DNA from: an uncultured Collinsella sp.
GTDB lineage: Bacteria; Actinomycetota; Coriobacteriia; Coriobacteriales; Coriobacteriaceae
Length of the DNA: 64,000 nucleotides
Assembly (NCBI GenBank): GCA_900757385.1
Contig: CAAENO010000218.1
Span: 5,226 to 69,225 of the forward strand
Reading direction: 5' to 3'
Part shown: one piece after another, positions 8,362 to 18,633 of the stretch
Layout of the letters: each line of letters opens with the position of its first letter
Numbering within the stretch: position 1 is the first letter of the stretch
Program-made: the position numbers and the translations under genes
Notes under the pieces: generated by a model
What the model saw: the letters and a program-made list of their open reading frames with translations, nothing else
Database searches by the model: none
What the model was told of the DNA's origin: nothing

Positions 8362-10437
8362 ATGGGTGCTCCCAAGACCGGTAACGTAAGGAACGTGGTG
8401 CTCGTAGGCCAAGGCGGGGTGGGCAAGACTTCACTCGCCGAGGCCATGCTCCACCTTTCTGGCAAGACCGCCCGTCTGGGCGGCCACGACGGCACCAAGC
8501 CCACGCTCGACTATGACCCCGAAGAGGTCAAGCGTGCATTTTCCATCTCGACGACCATTGCGCCGATCGACTGGAAGGGCGCGCGCATCAACGTGCTCGA
8601 TGCCCCGTGCTATCCCGATTTTATCGGCGACGCCTATGCCGCGATGAGCGTCTGCGAGACGGCTCTGTTTGTGGTCGACGCCGAGGCCGGCCCGCAGCCT
8701 ACGACGGTTAAGCTCTGGTATGCCGCCGAAGACCTGCGTCTGGCGCGTGCGGTGTTCGTAAACCGCCTGTCGCGCTCCGAGGCCAGCTTTGCGACCACGA
8801 TGGACCTGTTGCAGGAGCGCTTTGGTACGCGCCTGGGCGCCGTGACCCTTCCCTGGGGCGAGGGCGAGGACTTTGACGGCATCATCGACCTGGTGCGCAT
8901 GAAGGCGCGCCATTGCAACGGTACCGAAGCCGTTGAGTCGGAGATTCCCGAGGAGTATCGTGCCCAGGCCGAGGAGGCTCATGACCATCTGTGCGAGCTG
9001 GTGGCCGAGGCTGACGACGAACTGATGATGAAATACCTGGAAGGCGAGGAGACGCTGACGCAGGAAGAGCTCGAGGGCCTGCTGTCGAAGGCGATCGCCG
9101 AGCGCATCTTTGTGCCGGTCTTTGCGGGCGATTGCATTAAGGAGCAGGGCGTCAACTCGCTGATGGACGACATCGCGACGTACTTCCCGGCGCCGACCGA
9201 CTACGGCGAGATGCCGCTCATCGACGGCGACTCGCTCAAGATCTCGAGTGACGATGACCGTCCGGTGGCGTTTGTGTTTAAGACGCTGGCCGATCCGCAG
9301 CAGGGTCGCATCAGCTTTATCAAGGTGCTGACGGGCACGCTTGAGCCGGGCCTTGAGCTGATCAACGCGCGTACCCGCAAGAGCGATCGTCTGGCTCACC
9401 TGTATGTGATGTGCGGCCGCGACATGACCGAGGTCGGTCACGCCTATGCCGGCGACATTATCGTGGCGCCCAAGTTGGCGGCCGAGACGGGTGACACGCT
9501 CTCCATTACCGGCAAGGTCGAGGCTGCGGCGTTTAAGTTCCCCAACTCGCAGTATCGCATCGCTATTGAGGCCGAGAATCGCGGGGACGAAGAGAAGCTC
9601 TACACGTTTATCGAGAAGGCCTGCAAGGCCGATCCGACCATGAGCATCGACCGCGACGAGGAGACCGGCCAGACCATCATTTCGGCGGTGGGTGAGGCGC
9701 AGGTTTCGGTGCTGCTCAACCGTTTGGAGGATCGCACCAAGGTCGTGGCCAAGAGCGTGCCGATCCGCATTCCGTATCGCGAGACCATCCGCCGCACGGC
9801 AAGTGCCCAGGGTCGTCACAAGAAGCAGACTGGCGGTGCCGGTCAGTATGGCGACTGCTGGCTGCGCGTTGAGCCGCTCATTGGGCCCGACGGCACGAGC
9901 GACGGCTACGAGTTTGTGGATGAGGTCGTGGGCGGCCGCATTCCGCGCTCGCTGATTCCCGCCGTGGACAAGGGTGTCCAGGAGACCATGAAAGACGGCA
10001 TCATTGCCAGCTACCCGCTCACGGGCATTCGCGTGGCTGTGTACGACGGCTCGTATCACAGCGTCGACTCCAACGAGATGGCGTTCCGCGCGGCGGCTCG
10101 CATCGGCCTGCGCAAGGCATGCGCCGATGCCGACCCGGTGGTGCTGGAGCCCATCGAGGAAATCACGGTGACAATCCCCGAGAGCTACGCCGGTGCCGTG
10201 ATGGGTGACATCTCGGCCTCGCGCGGTCGCGTGACGGGTATGGAGACCGATGAGCGCGGCGACACCGTGGTCATTGCCCAGGCCCCGCTGGCCGAGCTGA
10301 CGGATTATTCGACGCGCCTGCGCTCTATCACGCGCGGCACGGGCGACTTTACCATGAAGCCCGCAGGCTATGAGCAGGTGCCTTATGACGTTCAGGCCAA
10401 GCTGGTCGAGCGCTATGAGGAGGGCCGCGCCAAATAA
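8362..10437 (+). CDS. Elongation factor G paralogue (EF-G2 / FusA2-like)
   Basis: GQGGVGKT, KKQTGGAGQYG, GSYHSVDSNEMAF, LRSITRGTG; G3/G4 motifs diverged (DAPCYPDF, NRLS); AGGAGG RBS. Confidence 0.9.
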   Translation: MGAPKTGNVRNVVLVGQGGVGKTSLAEAMLHLSGKTARLGGHDGTKPTLDYDPEEVKRAFSISTTIAPIDWKGARINVLDAPCYPDFIGDAYAAMSVCETALFVVDAEAGPQPTTVKLWYAAEDLRLARAVFVNRLSRSEASFATTMDLLQERFGTRLGAVTLPWGEGEDFDGIIDLVRMKARHCNGTEAVESEIPEEYRAQAEEAHDHLCELVAEADDELMMKYLEGEETLTQEELEGLLSKAIAERIFVPVFAGDCIKEQGVNSLMDDIATYFPAPTDYGEMPLIDGDSLKISSDDDRPVAFVFKTLADPQQGRISFIKVLTGTLEPGLELINARTRKSDRLAHLYVMCGRDMTEVGHAYAGDIIVAPKLAAETGDTLSITGKVEAAAFKFPNSQYRIAIEAENRGDEEKLYTFIEKACKADPTMSIDRDEETGQTIISAVGEAQVSVLLNRLEDRTKVVAKSVPIRIPYRETIRRTASAQGRHKKQTGGAGQYGDCWLRVEPLIGPDGTSDGYEFVDEVVGGRIPRSLIPAVDKGVQETMKDGIIASYPLTGIRVAVYDGSYHSVDSNEMAFRAAARIGLRKACADADPVVLEPIEEITVTIPESYAGAVMGDISASRGRVTGMETDERGDTVVIAQAPLAELTDYSTRLRSITRGTGDFTMKPAGYEQVPYDVQAKLVERYEEGRAK

Positions 10438-10472
10438 CGTGTGGTTTTGTCTGCAATGTAGGTGCTGACGAA

Positions 10473-10507
10473 AAGGCCGCCCTGGGCAACCGGGGCGGCC
10501 TTATTTG
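10473..10507. terminator. Probable bidirectional terminator between convergent genes
   Basis: AAGGCCGCCCTGG-GCAA-CCGGGGCGGCCTT with A/T flanks. Confidence 0.7.
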
Positions 10508-10565
10508 ATCCTTTGGGGACGGAGGAAAACGGATCAATTTAGGTTTTGGGGCAGCTTGGTCGGCC

Positions 10566-11549
10566 CTAGTCTCCCGAGGTCTGATTGCGGCCGGTGGCGT
10601 AGTCGATCTGCACATGCGGCTGCAGGTTGTAGCAGTATACGTGGAAGCAGAGGGTCTTGCCGTGGTCCTCGACCGATTGCGCCTCAAGGCGCACGCCGCG
10701 GCAGACAAGTTCCTCTTCGTTATACATGGGCGTGACGCGGTAGAGCACGTGGTTGCCCGTTTCGCGGATGTAGTCGAGAATCTGCTCCTCAAACGGTAGC
10801 ATGCCCGTCTCGTTGAGATAGCGCGTGCCGGTGAGGAGATTCTTGCGGTTGGCGTTTTCGCCGCAGAGCGACCAGGCGATGAGGTGGCAGCGGTTGTAGA
10901 GGCTCTGGCCTGGAATAAAGTCGTAGCGCTGCTGGTGCCAACCGGCAGGATGGATACGCGAGATATCGCCGCGCTTGCCTTTGCCGAGCGATTCGAGTCC
11001 TATGCAGGCGAGTGCTTTGCGGGTACGGCCCAGGCTGTCGAGCTTTGAGAACTTCTTAAAGCATCCTTCTTCGGTGGCCCGCTCGTATTCATCGAGCGTG
11101 AACGACGGCGTGCCGAGCGGGTGCGTGCCATCGGCGCGAAGGGTAACGTAGGGGTTGCCGGCGTAGTCGGGAATGCTGCTGAGATATACGCCGCGGGCGC
11201 GGTTGAGATCGGGGTTTTCGACCTCGTCGATGGGGGTGGCGGCGCTGTCCGCGGAAGCGCCGTCGCCGGTGTCGGTTGCGGCGGAATCGGGGCCATCGCC
11301 AGAGTCTTGGCTATTTTGAGAGTCCGAGGAACTCGCTGTTCCCGATTCGAGCCGGGCGACCAGGTCTGCCTCGTCGTCGGTGCGGCTGGGGCTCTCGTTT
11401 TGTTTTTCGGCCAGAGCCGCCGCCTGTCCATCGCTTTGCGGCGACAGCAGCTTGGGCGCCCCGTCAAGCGATCCCGTAAACAGTGCAAACCCCAGCACCA
11501 CGGCGGTGCCGATGGAAAGTACTTGCTTGTAGGCGGACTTGCGCGACAT
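10566..11549 (-). CDS. Membrane-anchored DNA/RNA non-specific endonuclease (EndA/streptodornase-like)
   Basis: N-terminal hydrophobic anchor, low-complexity linker, LDSLGR, PAGWHQ, YNRCHLIA, NLLTGTRYLN, YRVTP. Confidence 0.88.
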   Translation of the reverse strand: MSRKSAYKQVLSIGTAVVLGFALFTGSLDGAPKLLSPQSDGQAAALAEKQNESPSRTDDEADLVARLESGTASSSDSQNSQDSGDGPDSAATDTGDGASADSAATPIDEVENPDLNRARGVYLSSIPDYAGNPYVTLRADGTHPLGTPSFTLDEYERATEEGCFKKFSKLDSLGRTRKALACIGLESLGKGKRGDISRIHPAGWHQQRYDFIPGQSLYNRCHLIAWSLCGENANRKNLLTGTRYLNETGMLPFEEQILDYIRETGNHVLYRVTPMYNEEELVCRGVRLEAQSVEDHGKTLCFHVYCYNLQPHVQIDYATGRNQTSGD

Positions 11550-11668
11550 GGGGGCTCCTGGGTAGTCGGTTGCGAATCTACCAGTCTAGCAGGAGCCGAC
11601 AGGGGCCGTTCTGTCGAACAAATACTTAAGATTTGGGACAAACACTCCTGATTAATTTGTCCCGCGGT

Positions 11669-12679
11669 CTAGATCGAGGTGGAGTCGAGCCAGTTGAGCT
11701 TGCACTCGAGAATGCGCTGCTCGCCGGGTTGGCTGCTGCCATCAAGCAAGGCGAGGAGCATCTCGGCCGCCTCCCTGCCTTCCTGGTCGACGGGCTCGAT
11801 GATCGTGGAGACGGTCGGCGTGGTGAGGTTGGTCCAGTCTTCGCAGTTGAGTCCCAAAAGACCGATTTGCTGCGGAAGTAGATGGGCCATGGGCTGGAGG
11901 GCCTTGTAGATACGGGGAAGTGCCCACTGATTTTGCACGAAGATAAGGGTTCGCTTGGCGGGGTTGAACTTGTACTTAAAGTACTCGGTAAGCTCATTGA
12001 CCGACGGCTTGTTGTGGTCGATGGGAATCGCTTTGTAGAGCTGTCCGTTCGCTGCCAGTGCCTCGGCATATCCCTGAAAACGTTCCATGCGGGTGCGCAT
12101 CTCGGTCATGTTGGCGGCAATGGAAAAGAAATCTTCGTAGCCGGCGTCGAGGAGTGCCTGTGTGGCGTTGTACACGCCGTCGTAAAGGTTGGTTTTGATC
12201 CAGCTGGTACCTGGGCTATAGATGGCCGCATCGAAAAAGACGACCGGCTTGCCGGCGCGTCTAATGCGGTCGTGCACGGCTTTGAAGTTTGCCGTGGGCT
12301 GGATGATAAAGCCATCGACGCCCAGCGAGAGCATTTTATCGACATACATGAGCTCGGTCTCGGGGTCGAAATTGCTGGTGCAAACGACCGTTTGGTAGCC
12401 CGCGGGGAGCATGACCTGCTCCATGCCGTTGAGGACGAGGCCTGCCCACTTGTTGGTGTTATCCAAGATGATGATGGCGATGACGTGGGTCTGTTTGCCG
12501 GTGAGCGTTTGCGCTTGGGCGTTGGGAACGTATCCGAGTTCCTTGATGACGCGCGCAATCTTTGCCTGCGTCTTCTCGCTAAGCTTTTCTCGTTTGTCGT
12601 TGAGGTAATACGAGACGCTTGCCGTCGAAGTTCCTGCCTCGCGGGCGACGTCTGCGATCGTAACGCGCTGTTTTGCCAC
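11669..12679 (-). CDS. LacI-family regulator, divergent from the PTS operon
   Basis: VTIADVAREAGTSTASVSYYLN HTH, LGYVPN; GTG start after AAGGAG. Confidence 0.93.
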   Translation of the reverse strand: MAKQRVTIADVAREAGTSTASVSYYLNDKREKLSEKTQAKIARVIKELGYVPNAQAQTLTGKQTHVIAIIILDNTNKWAGLVLNGMEQVMLPAGYQTVVCTSNFDPETELMYVDKMLSLGVDGFIIQPTANFKAVHDRIRRAGKPVVFFDAAIYSPGTSWIKTNLYDGVYNATQALLDAGYEDFFSIAANMTEMRTRMERFQGYAEALAANGQLYKAIPIDHNKPSVNELTEYFKYKFNPAKRTLIFVQNQWALPRIYKALQPMAHLLPQQIGLLGLNCEDWTNLTTPTVSTIIEPVDQEGREAAEMLLALLDGSSQPGEQRILECKLNWLDSTSI

Positions 12680-12904
12680 AGCGACTCCTTCCGACAGATG
12701 AGCATTTTCCAACATGATGACTTTGAGTCTTGGTGTGGGATGCGCTTTGGTGAGCGACCCTCTCCTTTCATATGAGTATGCAACAAATGCGGTATACGGG
12801 TGGGGTCGAAATTTGTGACCGGCATGCGCATCTGCCGTCTACCGAGAAAATCAAATACTTCTTGACTTTTGAAATCGAGGGTAAAATCGCAGGATTCATT
12901 TTTG

Positions 12905-12931
12905 GTTAAACGCATAACTAAATCGCATAAC
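12905..12931. promoter_or_regulatory. Candidate tandem LacI-type operators
   Basis: GTTAAACGCATAAC (CG-centred imperfect palindrome) followed by CTAAATCGCATAAC, between the LacI gene and the PTS operon. Confidence 0.55.
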
Positions 12932-13094
12932 TTATGCCCTGACCTGCGCGTTTACCGAAATGAACTAGTTTTATCAATGCCAGCACCCTATATTGGTTTT
13001 GTCGAAAAGACAGCAAGTCCAAACGGCAGGGGATGCTCCGGAGGCCTCCGCAAACGGTGTCTTGCGCACGCAACTCTATGAAAAGAGGGAAGCA

Positions 13095-14567
13095 ATGAAG
13101 ATCGTAGGCGTTGCCGCCTGTACCGTGGGTATCGCCCACACGTATATGGCCCAGAAGGCGATTCAAGATGAATGCGCCGCCCGTGGCATCGAGTGCAAGG
13201 TCGAGGCTCAGGGTGGCCTGGGTATCGAGAATGAGCTCACGCAGGAAGACGTGGACTCCGCCGACCTGGTCCTGGAGTCCGTCGACGTGGGCGTCGAGAA
13301 CGAGGACCGTTTTGAGCAGAAGATGGCCGAGGGCAAGTTCCTCAAGGTCGGTACTTCCGATGTAATCGCCGATCCGGCAAAGATCATCGACCAGGCTATT
13401 GAGATCATCAAGGCGACGGGCGGCTCCGTTGACGCGCCCAAGGCCGAGGCCAAGGCAGAGAAGAAGGCCGTCTCCGCTGCCCCGCAGGCCCCGACACCGG
13501 CGTCCAAGCAGTCCATCTTTGCCGATCCTGGCAAGACGCTGCTCAATGCATTCAATACCGGCGTTTCCTATTTTATCCCCATTGTCGTTATCGGCGGCGT
13601 GTTCCTTGCCTTCTCGCTGGCATCCGGTACCGCCGGCGCCAACGGCATGGAGGTTACGAACCCGCTGATGGTGAGTCTTAACACCATCGGCATGGCCGGC
13701 ATCTCCATGATGATCCCGGTGCTTGCGGCTTACATCTCCTACTCGATGGCCGGCAAGCCCGCGCTCGCCCCCGGTTTTGTCTTGGGCTACCTGGTCAACA
13801 ACGCAGTCGTTACCCCTAACGGCAACAGCGTTTCGACCGGCTTCTTGGGCGCCATGATCATGGCGGTTATCTGCGGCTACTTTGTCCGCTGGATGAAGAC
13901 CTGGAAGGTCAACAACACCATCCAGACCATCATGCCCATCCTGATTATCCCGATTCTGACCTCGCTTGTCCTGGGCATGGCCTATATCTACATCCTGGCC
14001 ACGCCGCTTGGCTTTGTGATGGACTGGCTTACCGGCGTGCTCGGCAGCCTGCAGGGCGGCTCCGCCGTCGTCCTGGGCCTGGTCATTGGTGTTATGACCG
14101 CCTTCGATATGGGTGGCCCCATCAACAAGACCGCCTCGACCTTTACCATGGCCATCATGGCCTCCGGCATCTACGGCCCCAACGGTATGTTCCGCGTCGC
14201 CGTCGCCATTCCCCCGATTGCTTGCGGCCTCGCTGCGCTCATCGCCAAGAACAAGTTCGATGACGCTGACCGTCAGATGGGCATCTCTGCGCTGTTCATG
14301 GGCTGCATCGGTATTACCGAGGGCGCTATTCCCTTCGCGGTCAAGGATCTTGGCCACACCCTGCCCGGCATTTGCATCGGCTCTGCCGTGGGCGCGGCGC
14401 TTGCCGCCTTCCAGGGCATCGACTGCTACGTCCCGCACGGTGGCTTTATCGTCGCCCTTGCCACCAACAACGTCGCGCTGTTCTGCCTGGACATCGTGAT
14501 TGGCGCCGTGGTCGCCGCTGCAATCCTGATTGCCATGAAGCCCACGCTCGATAAGCAGGCCAAGTAA
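13095..14567 (+). CDS. PTS fructose-family EIIBC
   Basis: ACTVGIAHTYMA (IIB phospho-Cys), KVEAQG, GVSYFIP, AFDMGGPINK, GITEGAIPFA. Confidence 0.95.
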   Translation: MKIVGVAACTVGIAHTYMAQKAIQDECAARGIECKVEAQGGLGIENELTQEDVDSADLVLESVDVGVENEDRFEQKMAEGKFLKVGTSDVIADPAKIIDQAIEIIKATGGSVDAPKAEAKAEKKAVSAAPQAPTPASKQSIFADPGKTLLNAFNTGVSYFIPIVVIGGVFLAFSLASGTAGANGMEVTNPLMVSLNTIGMAGISMMIPVLAAYISYSMAGKPALAPGFVLGYLVNNAVVTPNGNSVSTGFLGAMIMAVICGYFVRWMKTWKVNNTIQTIMPILIIPILTSLVLGMAYIYILATPLGFVMDWLTGVLGSLQGGSAVVLGLVIGVMTAFDMGGPINKTASTFTMAIMASGIYGPNGMFRVAVAIPPIACGLAALIAKNKFDDADRQMGISALFMGCIGITEGAIPFAVKDLGHTLPGICIGSAVGAALAAFQGIDCYVPHGGFIVALATNNVALFCLDIVIGAVVAAAILIAMKPTLDKQAK

Positions 14568-14711
14568 ACCTTTAAGGACTCCGGTTGTGCGGAGGGATGG
14601 ATTTGACTCCGCACAACCGCCCCTACACAACAAGATCCATCCGCACTGATAGGGCCCACATCTGGGTCCCAGGGAACTTTTGTCAAAAATCCTCTGGAGA
14701 AGGAGAACAAA

Positions 14712-15980
14712 ATGTCCAACCTCACCATCCGCCAGGCCGTTCAGGGCATGCTCAAGCTGCAGGACAGCGGCGATCACGCAACCATGGTCGGCATTGGCCC
14801 CATGAGCCCCAACCTGATTCAGGCCGTGTTCGAGCTTGCCAAGGACGAGGATTTCCCGCCCATGTTTATCGCTAGCCGCAACCAGGTCGATATGGACGAG
14901 ATGGGCGCCGGCTACGTCAACGGTTGGGACCAGACGCGCTTTGCCGCCGACATTAAGAAGGTTGCCGACGAGGTGGGCTATACCGGTCCGTACTACCTGT
15001 GCCGCGATCACGGCGGTCCGTGGCAGCGCGACGAGGAGCGTAACGCCCACCTGCCCGAGGACGAGGCCATGGAGCTCGCCCGCAAGTCCTTTGTCGCCGA
15101 CATGGAGGCAGGCTTTGACCTGCTGATGGTCGACCCCACCAAGGACCCCTATCAGATCGGCAAGGTTATTCCGCTTGACGTGGTGCTTCGCCGCACGATC
15201 GATCTAATCGACTATCTTGAGCAGTACCGTCGCGAGCATAACCTGCCCGAGGTTGCCTATGAGGTCGGTACCGAGGAGACCAATGGCGGCCTGACCTCCA
15301 CCGACAAGTACGAGGAGTTCATTTCTCAGCTGCAGCCCGAGCTCGAGAAGCGCGGCTGCCCCATGCCCACCTTTATCGTCGGCCAGACCGGTACGCTCAC
15401 CCGTTGGACCGAGCAGGTCGGTCATTACAACTTTAAGAATGCCCGCGAGCTCGCCGACATGGCCAAGCGCTACGGCGTGGGCCTGAAGGAGCACAACGCC
15501 GACTACCTGGACGACGCGACGCTGCTCGAGCACATCCCGGCACACGTGACCGCTTCCAATGTCGCCCCTCAGTACGGCACCGAGGAGACCCGCGCTTACC
15601 TCAAGCTCTGCGCTACCGAGCAGATTCTGGTCGACAACGGCCTGTGCGACGATCCCTCCGATCTGTATCACACGCTGCTGGTCAAGGCCATCAAGACCGA
15701 GCGCTGGCGCAAGTGGATGACCGGCGACGATGTCAACCTGCAGGTTGACGACATTCTGGCCGACGACGAGCTCAGCCTGAAGATTCTGGATGTCTCCGGC
15801 CACTACGCGTTCAACGATCCCGAGGTCAAGGAGCAGGTCGAGAAGCTCTATCGCAACCTCGCTGCCCAGGACATTGACGGCAAGCGCTTTGTGATCGAGC
15901 ACATCAAGCGCCCGATCAAGCAGTACGTCGTCGGTCTTAACCTCAAGGGCGTCACGAGCCGCATCGAGAAGGCTCTCTAA
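14712..15980 (+). CDS. GatZ/KbaZ-family protein (tagatose-6-P kinase / hexose-6-P 4-epimerase-like)
   Basis: IASRNQVD...GYV, RDHGGPWQ, AGFDLLMVDPT, YEVGTEE, KEHNADY, NVAPQYG. Confidence 0.8.
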   Translation: MSNLTIRQAVQGMLKLQDSGDHATMVGIGPMSPNLIQAVFELAKDEDFPPMFIASRNQVDMDEMGAGYVNGWDQTRFAADIKKVADEVGYTGPYYLCRDHGGPWQRDEERNAHLPEDEAMELARKSFVADMEAGFDLLMVDPTKDPYQIGKVIPLDVVLRRTIDLIDYLEQYRREHNLPEVAYEVGTEETNGGLTSTDKYEEFISQLQPELEKRGCPMPTFIVGQTGTLTRWTEQVGHYNFKNARELADMAKRYGVGLKEHNADYLDDATLLEHIPAHVTASNVAPQYGTEETRAYLKLCATEQILVDNGLCDDPSDLYHTLLVKAIKTERWRKWMTGDDVNLQVDDILADDELSLKILDVSGHYAFNDPEVKEQVEKLYRNLAAQDIDGKRFVIEHIKRPIKQYVVGLNLKGVTSRIEKAL

Positions 15981-16037
15981 GTAGCTTTTCCTACACGACG
16001 CCGGGCCTGGGGCATGTCCCAGCTGCAGGCCCGGCAC

Positions 16038-16068
16038 ATAGGACAAAGGGACATCCCCTTTGTCCTAT
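16038..16068. repeat. GGACAAAGGG hairpin (REP-like or terminator)
   Basis: ATAGGACAAAGGG-ACATC-CCCTTTGTCCTAT followed by a T run, inside the operon. Confidence 0.6.
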
Positions 16069-16105
16069 TTTTTGAGTTTTGGATTCCTAAGAAGGAGTTT
16101 GCACC

Positions 16106-16789
16106 ATGAAGTTCTTTATCGATACCGCCAACCTTGACGAGATCGCCGAGGCCAAGAGCTGGGGCTGCCTTGCCGGCGTCACCACCAACCCGTCCCTGTA
16201 CGCCAAGACCGGCGGCAAGCTCGCCGACTTTGAGCCCCATATGCTCAAGATTGCCGAGCTCTGCGAGGGCCTGCCCGTGTCTGCTGAGTCCACCGCGACC
16301 ACTGCCGAGGGCATGATCGAGGAGGGCAAGCGTCTTGCCGCCCTGGCTCCCAACATCGTGGTCAAGCTTCCCGTGTGCGAGGCCGGCCTCGCCGCCTGCC
16401 GCGCCCTGGCCGATGCGGGCGTGCGCGTCAACATGACGCTCGTCTTCTCGCCGACGCAGGCCCTCATGGCCGCCAACGCCGGTGCCCGCTACATCAGCCC
16501 GTTTGTCGGCCGCTTTGACGACATCGCCGAGGACGGCATCTCGCAGCTCGACAATGTCGTGACCTGCATCAAGAACTATGACTGGACCGGCAAGAACGTC
16601 GACGACACCGTCGAGATCATCACCGCTTCGGTCCGCACGCCCAACCACGTGACCCAGGCGGCTCTTCTTGGTGCCGACATCGCGACCGTGCCCATGGCCG
16701 CTCTCAAGAAGTGCCTGCATCACCCGCTGACCGACCAGGGCCTCGCCTCTTTTGAGGCTGACTGGCAGAAGGTCGTCGCTCAGGCTTAA
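16106..16789 (+). CDS. Transaldolase / fructose-6-phosphate aldolase (TalC/MipB family)
   Basis: FFIDTAN, GVTTNPSL, VVKLP (Schiff-base Lys), NMTLVFS, YISPFVGR, HPLTDQGL. Confidence 0.93.
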   Translation: MKFFIDTANLDEIAEAKSWGCLAGVTTNPSLYAKTGGKLADFEPHMLKIAELCEGLPVSAESTATTAEGMIEEGKRLAALAPNIVVKLPVCEAGLAACRALADAGVRVNMTLVFSPTQALMAANAGARYISPFVGRFDDIAEDGISQLDNVVTCIKNYDWTGKNVDDTVEIITASVRTPNHVTQAALLGADIATVPMAALKKCLHHPLTDQGLASFEADWQKVVAQA

Positions 16790-16852
16790 CGACCGGGTTG
16801 CCTCGGCATCGCGCCATCCGGTGCCGGGGTTGTTCTCAAGAGAGGAATTCGT

Positions 16853-17683
16853 ATGACCAACCAGGAGCTGGCGAAGGTCGCCAATGAGGTCAGGAAGGGT
16901 GTCGTGACTGCGGTTCACGCGGCCAAGTCGGGACATCCGGGTGGATCGCTCGGTGCAGCCGACATCATGACGTATCTGTACTTTGAGGAAATGAATATCG
17001 ATCCTGCCGACCCTCACAAGGCCGATCGCGACCGCTTTGTGCTCTCCAAGGGTCACGCGGCGCCGGGCCTGTATTCGGTGTTGGCAAATCGCGGCTATTT
17101 TCCCGTCGAAGAGCTCGAGACGCTCCGCCATATTGGCAGCCGACTGCAGGGCCATCCCAACATGAACGACACCCCGGGTGTTGATATGTCCACCGGATCG
17201 CTCGGTCAGGGTATCTCCGCCGCGGTTGGAATGGCACTCGCCGCAAAGCACTGGGGTGACAGCTACCGCGTCTACACGCTGTTGGGCGACGGTGAGTGCG
17301 AGGAAGGCCAGGTGTGGGAGGCGGCAATGTTCGCCGGCAACCACGACCTGGATAACCTTGTCGCTATCGTCGATCACAATGGCCTGCAAATTGACGGCAG
17401 TATCGACGAAGTTAACTCGGCTATGCCGCTTGCCGACAAGTTCCGCGCCTTTAAGTGGCATGTGATCGAGCTTGCCGACGGTAACGACATGGCGCAGATT
17501 GCAGCCGCCTTTGCCGAGGCCCGCAAAGTGAGCGACTCGCCCGTGGCCATTATCGCCGAGACGGTGAAGGGCAAGGGCGTCTCCTTTATGGAAAACCAGG
17601 TGGGCTGGCACGGCAAGGCGCCCGACGATGAACAGTTTGAGCAGGCCATGGCCGAGCTCGCAGCAGCAGGGGAGGAGCTCTAA
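16853..17683 (+). CDS. Transketolase, N-terminal (ThDP-binding) subunit
   Basis: SGHPGGS, DRFVLSKGH, TGSLGQG, GDGECEEGQVWEA...N. Confidence 0.95.
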   Translation: MTNQELAKVANEVRKGVVTAVHAAKSGHPGGSLGAADIMTYLYFEEMNIDPADPHKADRDRFVLSKGHAAPGLYSVLANRGYFPVEELETLRHIGSRLQGHPNMNDTPGVDMSTGSLGQGISAAVGMALAAKHWGDSYRVYTLLGDGECEEGQVWEAAMFAGNHDLDNLVAIVDHNGLQIDGSIDEVNSAMPLADKFRAFKWHVIELADGNDMAQIAAAFAEARKVSDSPVAIIAETVKGKGVSFMENQVGWHGKAPDDEQFEQAMAELAAAGEEL

Positions 17684-18621
17684 TGGCAGACGTCAAGAAA
17701 GTCGCCACACGCGTTAGCTATGGCGAGGCACTTGTCGAGCTGGGCAATGAGCGCGATGACTTTGTGGTTCTCGATGCCGACCTGGCCGCCGCAACGCAGA
17801 CGGGTAAGTTTAAGGCTGCGCATCCTGAGCGCTTCTACGATGCCGGCATTGCCGAGAGCAACTTGATGGGGCTCGCCGCCGGCATTGCGACCACGGGTCA
17901 CGTCGCCTTTGCGAGCACCTTTGCCATGTTCGCCGCCGGCCGCGCGTACGAACAAGTGCGTAATTCCATCGGCTATCCGCACCTCAACGTCAAAATCGGC
18001 GCCACGCATGCGGGTATATCGGTCGGTGAAGACGGCGCCACGCATCAGTGCTGCGAGGACATCGCGCTCATGCGCACGATCCCGGGTATGACGGTGATCG
18101 TTCCCGCCGATGACATCGAGGCTCGCGCTTGCGTGCGCGCCGCCTATGAGTTTGAGGGACCGGTCTACATGCGCTTCGGCCGCCTGGCAACACCGGTCAT
18201 CAACGACCGCGAGGACTATGAGTTCAAGATTGGTCGCGGCGTGGTCGTGCGCGAGGGGTCCGATGTGACCATCGTCGCTTGTGGCCTCATGGTCGCCGAG
18301 GCGCTTGAGGCTGCCGAGGCGCTCGCTGCCGATGGTATCGACGCCGAGGTCATCAACATGCACACGATCAAGCCGCTTGATGAGCGCCTGGTGGTTGCCA
18401 GCGCCAAGAAGACTGGTCGCGTGGTCACCGCCGAGGAGCATTCGATTATCGGCGGTCTTGGCGAGGCCGTGGCCTCGGTGCTCGCGGAACAGCATCCGGT
18501 GCCGATGCGACGCGTCGGCGTGCGCGATGTATATGGCGAGTCCGGCCCTGCGGTCGATTTGCTGCACAAGTACGGTTTGGACGCCGACGGCATCGAAGCC
18601 GCGGTCAGGTCCGTGTTGTAA
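17683..18621 (+). CDS. Transketolase, C-terminal subunit
   Basis: GIAESN, GEDGATHQ, YMRFGR, EEHSIIGGLG; translationally coupled (TAATG). Confidence 0.95.
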   Translation: MADVKKVATRVSYGEALVELGNERDDFVVLDADLAAATQTGKFKAAHPERFYDAGIAESNLMGLAAGIATTGHVAFASTFAMFAAGRAYEQVRNSIGYPHLNVKIGATHAGISVGEDGATHQCCEDIALMRTIPGMTVIVPADDIEARACVRAAYEFEGPVYMRFGRLATPVINDREDYEFKIGRGVVVREGSDVTIVACGLMVAEALEAAEALAADGIDAEVINMHTIKPLDERLVVASAKKTGRVVTAEEHSIIGGLGEAVASVLAEQHPVPMRRVGVRDVYGESGPAVDLLHKYGLDADGIEAAVRSVL

Positions 18622-18633
18622 GGAAGGTTTTCC

